This document shows positions 10,873 through 23,292 of a stretch of 48,789 nucleotides of DNA, piece by piece. Location: positions 907,318 through 956,106 of the forward strand of contig NC_057754.1 of assembly GCF_004010195.1 (NCBI RefSeq). Direction: 5' to 3'. Under the pieces are notes generated by a model, which saw only the letters and a list, made by a program, of their open reading frames with translations, did no database searches and was not told the origin of the DNA. How positions within the stretch are numbered: the stretch's first letter is position 1; the number at the start of each line of letters is the position of its first letter. The stretch comes from Chiloscyllium plagiosum (taxonomy: Eukaryota). A program made the translations under genes and the position numbers.

Positions 10873-11701
10873 GTAATTGTCAGCTTGTGGTTGCTCTGTT
10901 ATGTGAAGTACCAGCTTGGGCATAGTTATTCTGGTTTACAGCCATAAATATTAGTTTAACACTCACCTCCAGCTCTTGTGATCTCTGTGCTTCCCATATT
11001 TCAGGTCCCCATGCATCTTAATTCCCTTTTTACCCATCATTGGCAGCTGTGCTTATAGCCTCCTGAGCTCTGGAATTCTGTCTCTAAGACATGCTCTACT
11101 CCTGGATGGGACTCCTATCAACCAAGCTCTGGTGCATAGGTCGTAATATCTTCCAAAACTCCTTCACTTCTAATCCTTGTCATCTTACACTCACTGGGTT
11201 GTTTTTGCTTTGTTAAAAGCATGATGCACATCAGTCATTAGCTCTCTCTTTCCCTTTTTGACTGGGGGAGTGTACAGCAACATCCTTCAGTGTAATTCTC
11301 CGTCATCCTTCTACAAATCAAAAAACAAAGACAATTATTACCACTGCACATATTGCTATAATGCTTTAAAGCAGAATTACCATACACAATATGTTTCTTT
11401 TTCTTATTGTTCTTCATTGGTCCCTTTGAGAGAGGGTCCACCAGAGCTTCTCTTTCATATTAATCTTCTCTGAATGCTCTTCACACATGTCCCAAGTTTG
11501 TAAGGTTTAAATCTATCATTTTGTTTATACTGCTGGGTGGTGCTTTCAAAGTTCAAGTGCATGTGGTTCCAAATGACACACCACTGTTGACACTGAATCA
11601 TTGTATACAGCGTCACATCACAATGTACATGTGGATCTGCCTTTCTGTAAGTGCTTTCTGAAGTGCTTGTTTAGCCATCAGTTATTTCTGTGCTCCTGTA
11701 G

Positions 11702-11819
11702 GATTGTTTCTACTACTCATTGGTGTTCGACCCCTTGCAGAAGACACTGATAGCTGACCAAGGGGAGATTAGAGTTGGGCCCAAGTACCAGGCTGACATC
11801 CCAGACAAACTGGCAGAAG
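11702..11819 (+). CDS. mta2: MTA2 exon (BAH end / ELM2 start): [39 protein letters not shown]
   Basis: ctcctgtAG acceptor, GTAACA donor; ELM2 signature IRVGxKYQAxIP. Confidence 0.96.
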
Positions 11820-12102
11820 GTAACATTTCAGAGAGGTCTGTGTGCATGCGCATGTGTTTGTGTGTCCCTCTCTGCTATGTATTCAAAATAGTCTGCCCAT
11901 GGTGTCTCAGACGTTAGCTGTTTGTAGTGTGGAATCATATTTTGGATTTGTGAATGTATAATAGAGAACAGGGTACTGTCTCAGCAGTCAGAGTACATAC
12001 ACATGAAATGGGGTGTCCCCAGGATAGACAGACAGAGAACAGAACAGAGAAAGCACTGATCCTTGAGAATCTTCACTCCCCCTTTTCCCTTTCACTTTTC
12101 AG

Positions 12103-12205
12103 GTGAGTCAGATAATAGGAACCAGCTGAAAATGGAAACAAAAGTATGGGACCCAGATAATCCACTGACTGATCGGCAAATTGACCAGTTTCTGGTCGTG
12201 GCTCG
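12103..12205 (+). CDS. mta2: MTA2 exon (ELM2): (G)[33 protein letters not shown](R)
   Basis: Long pyrimidine tract + AG at 12101-12102, GTAGGT donor; MTA2-type sequence. Confidence 0.96.
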
Positions 12206-13481
12206 GTAGGTTCCTCCAATTTAAAACTAGTATTGTGCCTTTCACAACTTCAGCTTTTCAGAATTCTTTACTGATGATAGTGTAGCACTCTGTCAGTACT
12301 GCATCGGGAAGGTTGGCCTGGATCAATGATGTGCTAAAGACGCTGGAGTAGGGGAAAGCAGTACTCATTGAGCCACAGCTACTTGGCTCATTGCCCTGAT
12401 GTCACTTTGTGCCATCTTATCAAGTTAACAGCCCAATGGGGAAGCTGAATGAAGGAGGATAGTGAATTATCAGCTTTACTCTTCTAAGTTATGTTCTTAC
12501 ACACAAAGGAAAACAGGCTTGCATTTATATAGCATCTGTCACTATCTCAGCAGCCCAAAGTCCATTACAACCAAAAAAGTGTTTTTGAAATCTTAAAACA
12601 TAAAGTCACAGTGGACATTTCATGCACCACAGCTTATCAGGAACATCAGAATGGTAAAAAAGCCTTGCCAATTGACGGTAGCTTTTTTTTAAACTCAGTC
12701 ATGAGATGTGGGCATCGCTGGCTAAGCTAGAATTTATTGCCCATCCTTAGTCATCCACATTGCTGTGGGCCAGGGATCAGACCAGGTAAGACAGCAGATT
12801 TCCTTCCCTAAAGGACTTTAGTGAACCAGTTTTTTTTTTTGCAGCAATTGACAATGGCTTATATGCTAATTTTTTTTTTGTTTCAGATTTTTGTTAAATT
12901 CAAATTTCACCGAATCTGTCCCAGAACTAGTTTACTAGCCCAGTGATACTATCAGCACAGTGCCACCTTCCTAATATTGACCCATTACTCTCCCTTTTCA
13001 CATGAGCACTGCTAGACTTTTAGCAATCACTTACAAGGGCAGGTGGAACCTGTTTTTTTAATTCTGCGTGACGACTTCTTCAAAAGGGAGTATTGCCTCT
13101 GAACCGGTACCAGGAATGTCAGTCTGGATTTTGGTTTTAGGTCTCCAATCTGGGATTTGTATCAGAATGGTCTGACTTAGGCGGTAAGAGTGTCAAGGCT
13201 GACATCCATGTCTCGCATCTGACTCTTTCTTGCCTGCAGCTTCAGTAAGTGCCACTCCCCAGCTGCAAGAGTGAATCTAGCTTATTATATCAGGTCTCCT
13301 GTGTTACCTGAGGAAACAAAGTGTGGGAGGCTTTGGAGCAGTGTTGTCTGTGGGCCTGTTCCCTTGTCCGTTGAGATTATTATCCTTAAAACAATTGCAT
13401 TTGGAAGTTCTTGCAATTGACTGGTGATTGTGTTTGGCTGGTTCCCTGTATTGATTTAATATTCTTGTTTTCTTCTGACAG

Positions 13482-13581
13482 AGCGGTGGGAACATTTGCC
13501 CGTGCTTTAGACTGCAGCAGCTCAATCAGGCAGCCCAGCTTACACATGAGTGCAGCTGCAGCATCCAGGGACATCACACTG
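13482..13581 (+). CDS. mta2: MTA2 exon (ELM2): [33 protein letters not shown]
   Basis: AG acceptor, GTAATG donor; AVGTF and SSSIRQ are MTA2-type residues as recalled. Confidence 0.97.
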
Positions 13582-13917
13582 GTAATGCCTTTGGCACACT
13601 GCGAGCAATCTTGGGACTGCAGTCATCAGAGGTGCAGGGTATTCAGTGCTTGTGGAATAGTGGCTGCAGGTTTGATATTGCAACTGACCACCGGCAAACC
13701 CAAATAGCTGTTGTGTCTTGGACTACCCAAGCTCTGTAAATGTTCTGCACAAACACCAAACAGTTGACAGTTTGAGGATCCAGGCACTTGTGTTAGAATG
13801 ATACAGCCTACTGATGTCTGAATACCTATTAGTTATTCTTAAAGTCTTGTGCTTTCATCTGCCCAGTCCCACCCTGCACCACTATATAATCATCATTTCA
13901 AGCTGCAGTACAGTAAT

Positions 13918-14128
13918 TAGAGTCATAGAGATGTACAGCATGGAAACAAACCCTTCGGTCCAACCTGTCCATGCCGACCAGATATCCCAACCTAAACTAA
14001 TCCCACCTGCCAGCACCCGGCCCATATCCCTCCAAACCCTTCCTATTCATATACCCATCCAAATGCCTCTTAAATGTTGCAATTGTACCAGCCTCCACCA
14101 CTTCCTCTGGCAGCTCATTCCATACACG
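13918..14128 (-). mobile_element. CR1 3' end (~210 bp)
   Basis: Minus-strand RVWNELPEEVVEAGTIATFKRHLDGYMNRKGLEGYG; tail agagtcatagag. Confidence 0.88.
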
Positions 14129-14408
14129 AAAAGAGCAATATTTAATTCTTTCACTTGCAAACATCCTTAAGTTACATTTTGTTTTGTTTCTGTATGAACT
14201 TGGAATCAAACAATGCAAAAATCGATAACCAACGAATCCGATTAAGTGAAAATATTTGCATTTAAGCTGTCTTATTTCTGAATTTGAAATCCACTGTCCA
14301 ACTAGTGTCTCATTTGATTACAACAAGCGGTATATTGCAGTGAGCTTCTGGTAACGTTTGCATCCCTTTCCTCCACTACATAAAATTTTAACTCTGCTTC
14401 TTTTCCAG

Positions 14409-14597
14409 TTTCATGCCATGGATACGCTACAACGTAACTGCTACGATCTCGCCAAAGCAATGTCAACTTTAGTACCACAAGGAGGGCCTGTATTGTGTCG
14501 GGATGAGATGGAGGAGTGGTCATCGTCTGAAGCTATGCTTTTTGAGGAGGCGCTAGAAAAATATGGCAAGGATTTCACAGACATTAGACAAGACTTT
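14409..14597 (+). CDS. mta2: MTA2 exon (ELM2-SANT): [63 protein letters not shown]
   Basis: ttttccAG acceptor, GTAAGT donor, 189 nt; start of SANT domain. Confidence 0.97.
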
Positions 14598-15136
14598 GTA
14601 AGTTCCCTGTCTTTGGTTCCTTGGCATTGTGTACAGTGTGAGTGTAGGCCTCACACGTATAGTAGAGCAGCTGTGCAGCTAAAGCCAGAGAGGAAGGGAG
14701 AGCTAGAGAAAGGAAGTCTCTTTATTTTTCTTCTCTCTGTCTATCTCTCTCTCTTTTCTCTTTCCCCTGTCCCCCACTTTCTGCACCCCCTACCCTCCGC
14801 TCCCACATTACAATAATCATCCGTGGATTACATCTATTGATAAAACATAATTTGTACTGTATTTTTAGCAAATAAAAAAGAGAGGCTCAGAGATTTAGGG
14901 AGCGAATCCACAACTCAACGGCCAAACTGCTGAAGACATGGCACCATTGGTGACCATCAGTGATATGCAAGAGGCCAGATTTGGAGGAGCACTGAGATCT
15001 TAGAGGGTAGTTTGGCCTGGAAGAAGTTACAGTGATAAGAAGGAGTGTAGGGGCTGAAGAAGGTAATAGGTAGGCAAGGATGTAGGAGCTGGAGAAGGTT
15101 ATAGAGGTGAGGATAGCAGGGGCTGGAGGAAGTTAC

Positions 15137-16715
15137 TTAGTTCATAGAGTCATAGAGATATACAGCACGGAAACAGACCCTTCGGTCCAACTCGTCCATG
15201 CTGACCAGATATCCCAACCCAATCTAGTCCCACCTGCCAGCACCCGGCCAATATCCCTCTAAACCCTTCCTATTCAAAAACCCATCCAGATGCCTTTTAA
15301 ATGTTGCAATTGTACTAGTCTTCGCCACATCCTCTGGTAGCTCATTCCATATGCGTGCACCGTCTGAGTGAAAATGTTGCCCGAGGTCTCTTTTATATCT
15401 TTCCCCTCTCACACGAAACTTATCCTCTCTAGTTCTGGACTCCCCCACCCGGGAGAAACACTTTGTCTATTTATCCTATCCATGCCCCTCATGATTTTAT
15501 AAACCTCTATAAGGTCACCCCTCCGCCTCCCACGCTCCAGGAAAAACAGCCCCAGCCTGTTCAGCCTCTCCCTGTAGCTCAGATCCTCCAACCCTGGCAA
15601 CATCCTTGTAAATCTTTTCTGAACCCTTTCAAGTTTCACAATATCTTTCCGATAGGAAGGAGGCTAGAATTGCATGCAATATTCCAACAGTGGCCTAACC
15701 AATGTCCTGTACAGTCACAACATGACCTCCCAACTCCTGTACTCAGTACTCTGATCAGTAAAGGAAAGCATGCCAAATGCCACCTTCATTATCCTATCTA
15801 CCTGCGACTTGACTTTCAAGGAGCTATGAACCTGCACTCCAAGGTCTCTTTGTTCAGTAACACTCCCTAGGACCTTACCATTAAGTGTATAAGTCCTGCT
15901 AAGATTTGCTTTCCCAAAATGCAGCACCTCACATTTATCTGAATTAAACTCCATCTGCCACTTCTCAGCCCATAGGCCCATCTGACCCAGATCCGGTTGT
16001 AATCAGAGGTAACCATCTTCGCTGTCCACTACACCTCCAATTTTGGTATCATCAACAAACATACTAACTATACCTCTTATGCTCGCATCCAAATCATTTA
16101 TATAAATGATGAAACGTAGTGGACCCAGCACCGATCCTTGTGGCACTCCACTGGTCACAGGCCTCCAGTCTGAAAAACAACCCTCCACGACCTCCCTCTG
16201 TCTTCTACCTTTCAGCCATTCTGTATCCAAATGGCTAGTTCTCCCTGTATTCTATGACATCTAATCTTGCTAATCAGTCTCCCATGTGGAACCTTGTCCA
16301 ACGCCTTTCTGAAGTCCGTATACATCACATCTACTGCTGTGCCCTCATCGATCCTCTTTGTTACTTCTTCAAAAACCTCAATCGAGTTTGTGAGACAGGA
16401 TTTCCCACGCACAAAGCCATGCTGACTACCCTTAATCTGTCACTGCCTTTCCAAATACATGTACATCCTGTCCCTCAGGATTCCCTCTAACACCTTGCCC
16501 ACCACTGACGTCAGGCCACTGGTCTATAGTTCCCTGGCTTGTCCTTACCACCTTTCTTAAACAGTGGCACCACGTTTGCCAACCTCCAGTCTTCAGGCAC
16601 CACACCTGTGACTATCGATGATACAAATATCTCAGAGGCCCAGCAATCACTTCCCTAGCTTCCCACAGAATTCTCGGGTACACCTGATCAGGTCCTGGGA
16701 ATTTATCCACTTTTA
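15137..16715 (-). mobile_element. 5'-truncated CR1 LINE (ORF2 RT, frameshifted)
   Basis: GKSCLTN, DFRKALDKVPH, SGVPQGSVLGP, FVDDTK and ERVQKRFTRM motifs across broken ORFs. Confidence 0.93.
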
Positions 16716-17082
16716 TGGACAACTTGACAAGTTTAGATTGGGAGGTTTCCAGGGGATTAGAGGGAAGGAGGTTGTATGGGTTAGAAGAGATTATAGAGCT
16801 AGGGAAGGAGATTGGATGGGCTGGAAGAGATTACAGAGCTAGGGAAGAGCTGTATGGAATGTTCCCTCCAATTTTCTTTCTGGTTGTATGGGCCTCCATG
16901 TAGTGACTTCAGGAACCAGAAGTCTCTGCTGCAGTCAGTGTACGTAGAATCGTGGAGCAGCTATGAGGGAATGTTGGTTACAGATGCTGGAGGAGGTTAG
17001 AGAGGGAGAGTGGGGCTCTCCATGATGCTCTGTCTCACTCACATTCCCCCTCTCATTAGTATTGTTTCAATCCATTTTGCAG

Positions 17083-17157
17083 TTACCCTGGAAATCGTTG
17101 GCCAGTATAGTCCAATTTTATTACATGTGGAAGACCACAGACCGATACATCCAACAG
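17083..17157 (+). CDS. mta2: MTA2 exon (SANT): [25 protein letters not shown]
   Basis: ttttgcAG acceptor, GTGAGA donor, 75 nt; matches recalled MTA2 peptide. Confidence 0.97.
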
Positions 17158-17709
17158 GTGAGATGGATCTTTTTATTCAGACTGAGTCTGCAGCTAAAGT
17201 AAGTACAGTCTAGAAATTGATCCTGTGAATGTTCATTGTTAATGGGAAAGGTTATCACATTTGCACCAATTTTAATCATATTCCCAAATTAAAGCAAAGT
17301 ACTGCGGACTCTGAATATCTTCCCTAAGGGTCATGAGTCTTTGGAACTGTCTTCCAGAAAATACAGTGGAATGAAAGTCCTTGAATATCCTTAAGGCAGA
17401 GATTGGTAGATTCTTGGTAAGCAGGAAAAGGTTAGCGGGATAGGCAGGAATGTGGAGTAATCAGGTCAGGCATGATTGTTTTGAAAGGCTGAACAGGCTT
17501 GAGGGGGTAAGTGGCGTACTCGTGCTCCAAATTCACATGAAGGAACTTCTTGTCCTCATACGAAATGGCCAGCCACTTACCGTGAAACTGCAACATTAAG
17601 TTGTAGATGACCCAGCTGGCGAAACATTTCCTCGGCACTAGCTTTGTCAAGCTCATGAAGAATGTTACATTTTTCAATTCGATTATCTCTCATTCTACCA
17701 AATTTACAA

Positions 17710-18010
17710 GTTAATCCAGAGACCCAGGTAATGTTCTGGGGACCCGGGTTCAAATCCAGCCACGGCAGATGATGCAATTTGAATTCAGTATAAAAGACAA
17801 TTTTGGAATTAAGAGTCCACAAAGATGACCATGAATCCATTGTTGATTGTTGGAAAAAAGCATCTGGTTCATTAATGTCCTTTAGGGAAGGAAACTGCTG
17901 ACCTCACGTGGTCTGGCCTATGTGGTTAACTCTTAATTGCCCCTTGAGCAATTAGGGATGGGCAATAAATGCTGGCCTAGCCAGCAATGCCTTCATCCCA
18001 TGAATGAATT
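17710..18010 (+). mobile_element. tRNA-derived SINE (5'-clipped head)
   Basis: B-box gggttcaaatcc; 3' end gggatgggcaataaatgctggcctagccagc...tgaatgaat. Confidence 0.7.
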
Positions 18011-18551
18011 TAATTAAAAACTGCAGGGAACATGAGTTTAATCAATTTAATCTCTCTCCCTTGCGCTACCCTTTCTTCCTGGGCTTAATTAGAAAGACAG
18101 GTTCCTTTAATTGACAGTTACTGTGTTTATTTTGGGAACTCCATTTTGTCATTGACTTTTCCATTGGGTATGCCTTGTGTCAGTTGTGTATTGTGTTCTA
18201 AGAATACAGGTGAAAGGCTGTGCCCAGAAATCGTCCTGTCAACTCACGGTCAGCCCATGCCTGGCTTCTGTTTTTTGCCTCTCCAGCCAGGTGTATCGGA
18301 TAAGATACTGACAAGATAAAATCTTCTCTATTTTTGCACTGTTAAGCCTTCATTTCCAAAGCTGTAAGTACCACACCCTCCTGAGCCAAATGGAAGCAAT
18401 TCCCTCCTACACTACCAATGTCCAAGGTTTTTTAGAACTGACCTTCTATCAGAACTGTTCCAGTTCTGAGAACTGCTGTGTCAGAACTTGGTCGTGACTG
18501 TGAGGCAGTATATCACATCACTTTCATAGATATTCTCTCCTTCTGTTACAG

Positions 18552-18610
18552 AAAAGGTTGAAAGTAGCTGAAGCTGACAGCAAACTGAAGCAGGTCTACA
18601 TTCCTACCTA
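18552..18610 (+). CDS. mta2: MTA2 exon: KRLKVAEADSKLKQVYIPT(Y)
   Basis: ctgttacAG acceptor, GTAAGT donor, 59 nt. Confidence 0.96.
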
Positions 18611-18929
18611 GTAAGTGGACACCCAACCCGGAAGTGAACTAAATTAGAAGAATGATTAAATATTAATTATGTCATTTACATCCTGAGAAGCACACTGAAA
18701 ATGTAGACAATGTTGTAATGTAGGAAGCAGCAGCACTTCATTCAAAGTAAGCTCTGACAAACTACTGTGTGATAATGTTAAAACAGACATGTTTGTGATA
18801 TTAACTGAAGTATGCATGTTGGCCACAAAACACAAGGAAACCATCTTGCTCTTCAGGAAGTGTTGCATCAACTTGAGACAGCAAATAATGTATACATTTA
18901 TCACTTCATATGATAGGTAATCTCTGTGC

Positions 18930-19345
18930 TGATCCTTCAATGATGCAGTCCTGACTGCACAGCAATTCTCAGTGTAGAGCCTCTGACAGTGCAGCACTCT
19001 GTCAGTAATGACCTTCCAACAGCACTGTGCTTCCTTAATCCTGACCCTCAAACGTGGTGCTTCCTTATGACAGACCCTCAGATGGTGCAATACTCCCTCC
19101 GTACTGACCCTCCAACAGTGTGACATTCCTTTATTGCTGACCTTCTGACAGTGCAGTGCTTTCTCAACACTGAACCTCCGAAAGTGCGTTGTTTCCGAGT
19201 TCTGACTCTGTGACAGTCCCTCAACACTGACCCTCAGACAATGCAGTGCTCCCTCAGTGCTGACCCTCTGACAGTATGGTGCTCCCTCAAAACTGACCAT
19301 GTAACTGCACGTTGCTTCCACGACCCTGAACCCCTGACAGCAGTA
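18930..19345. repeat. Degenerate ~35-bp minisatellite
   Basis: About 11-12 units of ctgaccctc..acagtgcagtgctccctcagtg. Confidence 0.8.
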
Positions 19346-20914
19346 CTGGTTATAAGCATTGGCCTACCGTTGAACCACAGTTGATATATATGATAATATA
19401 GTCCCACATTTATTGGTGTTTTCATTAAAGGTGAAAACATTGGATTGCCAGATACTTGTCAAGTTCTGATCAAGCTGTGGCATCTCAACCTAAAATTGTA
19501 AATGATACCAGTACAGCAGGGGTACATAGAATTGTCCATGTAGTCCCGCTGCATGCTGTTTCATAATCCCTTGTCATTTATCTCCTTTTTAAAAAACATT
19601 ATAGAATACTCCTCCCTGATTATTTCTGTCCAATAATTCTCTGCCCTAGCAAAATCCAAACAGGCTTTTCTGCTTACTTGGTCGATGTAGCTGATTATGC
19701 TGCACCTGAATTTCCTGTTCTCCTATTAGCACATTGCTCTATTCCTTTCAACTTGAGACCCTCTTTAAAGTCAAACACACAGCCTGGACATGGTGTTCTC
19801 ACTGCAGCCTCAAGAATGGTTTCTACAGATTTATCACACTCTCAGTCTGTACTTCCATTTTGAAGATTCGTCCAGCTGAACCACTCCCTGCTCCTTCATT
19901 CTTCAGGTTGTACCATTTAATAACTCTTCTGTCAAATTTTTATTCTTCCTTCCATAAGGAAATATTTCAAATTAATGTGTATCACTTTTGTTCAACTATT
20001 TTATGTGTCTCAGATCTCTTCAAGTCCTAACTGTTAATCACATAGTGTATTTCTGTGTCATCTACAAATTTGACCACCTCCCAGAACTATTTATTTCTGT
20101 AAATATTCTAGAGAGCAATGATTTCACTCCGATTTCTCAAATCTGAAAAACAGCCATTAAGTTGAAAATAGATCACTGTTCCTTCAGTGTTGTTGGGTCC
20201 AAAACCTGAAATTCCCTCCCTAACATTGTGGATGTCCCAACACCACGTGAACAGCAATGGTTCAAGATGTTAGCTCAAAACCACTTTTAAGAGTAACTAG
20301 GGATGGCCAATAAATGTTAGCCTAACAAGTGATGCCCACATCTCAAGAGTGAAGAAAGAAAAATTATCTTTCCTTGGATTCTTTCCATTTAGCTTGCTGA
20401 CATGGCCACTCTTCCCCCTTTCAGCATCAAACCCATTCACTCAACATTCTTGTGCTCCCAGTTGACATCTCATCTTTAAGTCCTGTCCTTCTGTTCTTCA
20501 TTTCAGTAACCGCCTCCAACTTTACAATCCTCAGAGATTTCAGTGTTTGTTAAACTCTGGCCTCTTGCACGTGACTGATTTCTGTCACTTTACTGTTGGT
20601 ACCTGTGCATTGAGCTGCCAGGACACTAAACTTCTTCAATTCATCTGAGCCCCTCCCCCTCTCTTACTTTGAAGATGCACCTTAAAACTTATCTCTTGGG
20701 CCAAACATGTGGTTGCCTGGCAGGTATTTTGTGGTTTTATTTTGGTCTGAGTACCCACATGTGAAGCAGCCTGGGGTGTTTGACTGCTTTAAAACATTAT
20801 ATAGCTTCAAGCTGTTGTCCTGTCTTTCTATCTGAATAGAAATCCTCATTTCTTATTTCTTCCTCATTGACCCTAACTTCCTCCCAATAATCTATTTATT
20901 TTCTTGCTTTGCAG

Positions 20915-21027
20915 TACGAAGCCCAACCCTAATCAGATTGTATGCGTTGGGACAAAAGGGGGAATGATGAACGGAGCTACGGGATACCAGAAATCTGCAG
21001 CTGGCCTAACTTGCGAGAGCTGTCACA
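20915..21027 (+). CDS. mta2: MTA2 exon: TKPNPNQIVCVGTKGGMMNGATGYQKSAAGLTCESCH (first CxxC of GATA-type finger)
   Basis: ctttgcAG acceptor, GTAAGT donor; KPNPNQI and CESCH motifs. Confidence 0.95.
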
Positions 21028-22320
21028 GTAAGTGGAGGGAAAGCCTTTTAGTCTGGTTAAGGTTCATATTTTATCTGGCATCGGGCAGGATTAAAACCAT
21101 TGTACGGGTTATGTTTCCAGGCGATAATGTTTTACATGCTTAATCCACTTAAAGTTATCATAGGGACAGAGATCTGAAGGTGTGCATGCACAAATCTGTC
21201 AACATAGTGGGACCGGTCAAAGAAGCTGTTTTGTGACACCGATTCTAGACTATTCATGTTAGGATGGATGTCAAGCTTCTGAAAGCGTGTAGAGCAGATT
21301 TTCTAGAGTGGTACAAGGGGTGATGGAGTGGAGAAACATCAGGTTGTTCTCCTGAGAGCAGAGAAGATGAAAAAGGGTGATTGGCAAAGGAACCAGGGAA
21401 AGATGAGAATTTGTTAGGAAAGCAAGTTGTAATCTGGAAGACCTGAAAAGGTAGTGGAAGCAGATTCCTTAGGAATATTTGGAAAGAAATTGGTTAAATA
21501 CATAAAGGGAAACAATTTGCAGTGCTACAGGAAAAGTACAGGAAGATGAGGAATTAATTGGAAATATCTTTCTATGAACTGGCACAGACTTAACATGATT
21601 AATCAACAATGTGACACTGGCTTGTATGCTGAATTTAATTAACTGCATTTACCTACATATAGGCCAACCCATATTTAGCTTGCAATGTCATATAGTATAT
21701 AGACCATGTACTCTGTGAGGTTCTCTTGGCCATTATTGGCTTGCAGCTTATATTCATACAAATACATGCTGTTAAACAGGACCTAGGACAAGTTTTTTTT
21801 TCAAGTAAGGTGCAGCCTATTTCAAAGTGGGAAGCCTCCAGGATTAGGTTTTCACTCTCTATTCCGCAGATGCGTAAGTGGTGCAGGATACTCTGTTAAA
21901 TACCATAAGCAAAGAATGTTGGATCCTTACTCTCTGTCCCTCTGATCTTCACCGCCCTGGATTAGGTGAGAGGGCAGGAAATGTGACAGGTATCCCCATT
22001 CTGGTAAAAGCAAAATATATAATAGAAATCTGAAACTGAAAAACTTTGCAACAGAAAATGCTGGAGAAACTCAGCAACGTGAAGTTGGGATGTTGGGTGA
22101 AAATAGTGGTAGGGCAGAGTATACATTTGTGATAGTCCATCTGGTCTAGTAGCTTCTAGTTGCTTGCCAGTTAGAATCCCCTAGGAAAATGCAGAGAGCT
22201 GTACCCTGATGAATTGGCTACTTTTGGGGAGGGAGAGGCGTGGTACTTGATTAATGTTTAAAGCTATTAGTTTCTTGGTTGGTCAAACACTAATTGCTGT
22301 TGAATTGCCTTGTCCTCCAG

Positions 22321-22463
22321 CCACACAGTCTCCACAGTGGTATGCCTGGGGACCACCCAACATGCAGTGTCGGCTATGTGCATCCTGTTGGATCTACTGG
22401 AAGAAGTATGGTGGCCTAAAGACGCCAACAGCACTTGATGGGGAAAAGTCACGACCTCCTTCA
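22321..22463 (+). CDS. mta2: MTA2 exon (GATA-type finger): [47 protein letters not shown]
   Basis: cctccAG acceptor, GTAAGA donor; conserved finger sequence. Confidence 0.96.
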
Positions 22464-23075
22464 GTAAGATTGCAATGAAACTATCACCTTATTGTCTCAG
22501 AGTAGCATGCAACCCTATCCTTCGCTTTGTACCAAAGAAGCAGTTGTGTGATCATTTAATAATTTGTCTTCTAGTGCATTGTTTGTTGGTAGAGACTTTT
22601 TCTCTCCTTGTAACTGCCTTTCTGTGTAGCTTTCAACTTATAAAAAAAAGGGCCCATATAAAAATGTCTGCCTTTCACTCTGTCTGTGTTTCTCCTCAGT
22701 CTTCCTGTTTGCGCGTCTCTTTCACTTCTCTTTCTCTGACTGTCTAGCTGGGTCCCTCTTCCTCTCAGGCATGGTGTTGCTTTCTGGTGTGCACAATCAC
22801 TCCTTCTGGAGAAATAAAAGGGAAAGAGAAACACTAGAAGTGTAGATTAGTTTGCATTAGTGTAGATAATGTTGAAGGTTCTTTTCCTGATGAAGGTTCA
22901 TTCTTGAACTATTCAGCAGTTTACCACGCTGTGCACTTGTCATTTTCAAATTCCACACTTGCAGTGCCTTTTCTTTCTTTATCGTCCTTGTATCTTTTTT
23001 TTTTATTGTTGTCTTAAAGCACGTTACCTGAGTGGTAGCTTTTCAAACTCTCCATGCTTTTTATTTTGTTTGCAG

Positions 23076-23292
23076 GAGCCCAGATCTAAGGGGTCGTATG
23101 GCCGCCAGGATCCTCAGGGTTTGCTGTCATATAACAGCTCCAAACTCCTGGCCAAGAACCGGCAGACATTCCTCCTCCAGACAACCAAGTTGACCCGTGT
23201 TGCTCGGCGACTCTGCGATGATATCCTCCGGCCGAGGAGGGCAGCAAGACGGCCCTATATCCCTGTCAACATCGGAGCCATCAAGACTGAAT
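23076..23292 (+). CDS. mta2: MTA2 exon: EPRSKG...LLAKNRQTFLLQTTKLTRVARRLCDDILRPRRAARRPYIPVNIGAIKTE
   Basis: tttgcAG acceptor, GTAAGG donor; RRAARRP RBBP4-binding motif. Confidence 0.95.

Noticed and set aside
15137..16715. Active LINE or domesticated reverse transcriptase
   Set aside because: 5'-truncated, with frameshifts and stops; the same holds for 32624-34580.
18656..19321. 221-aa minus-strand ORF
   Set aside because: Translation of a degenerate 35-bp minisatellite plus intron sequence.
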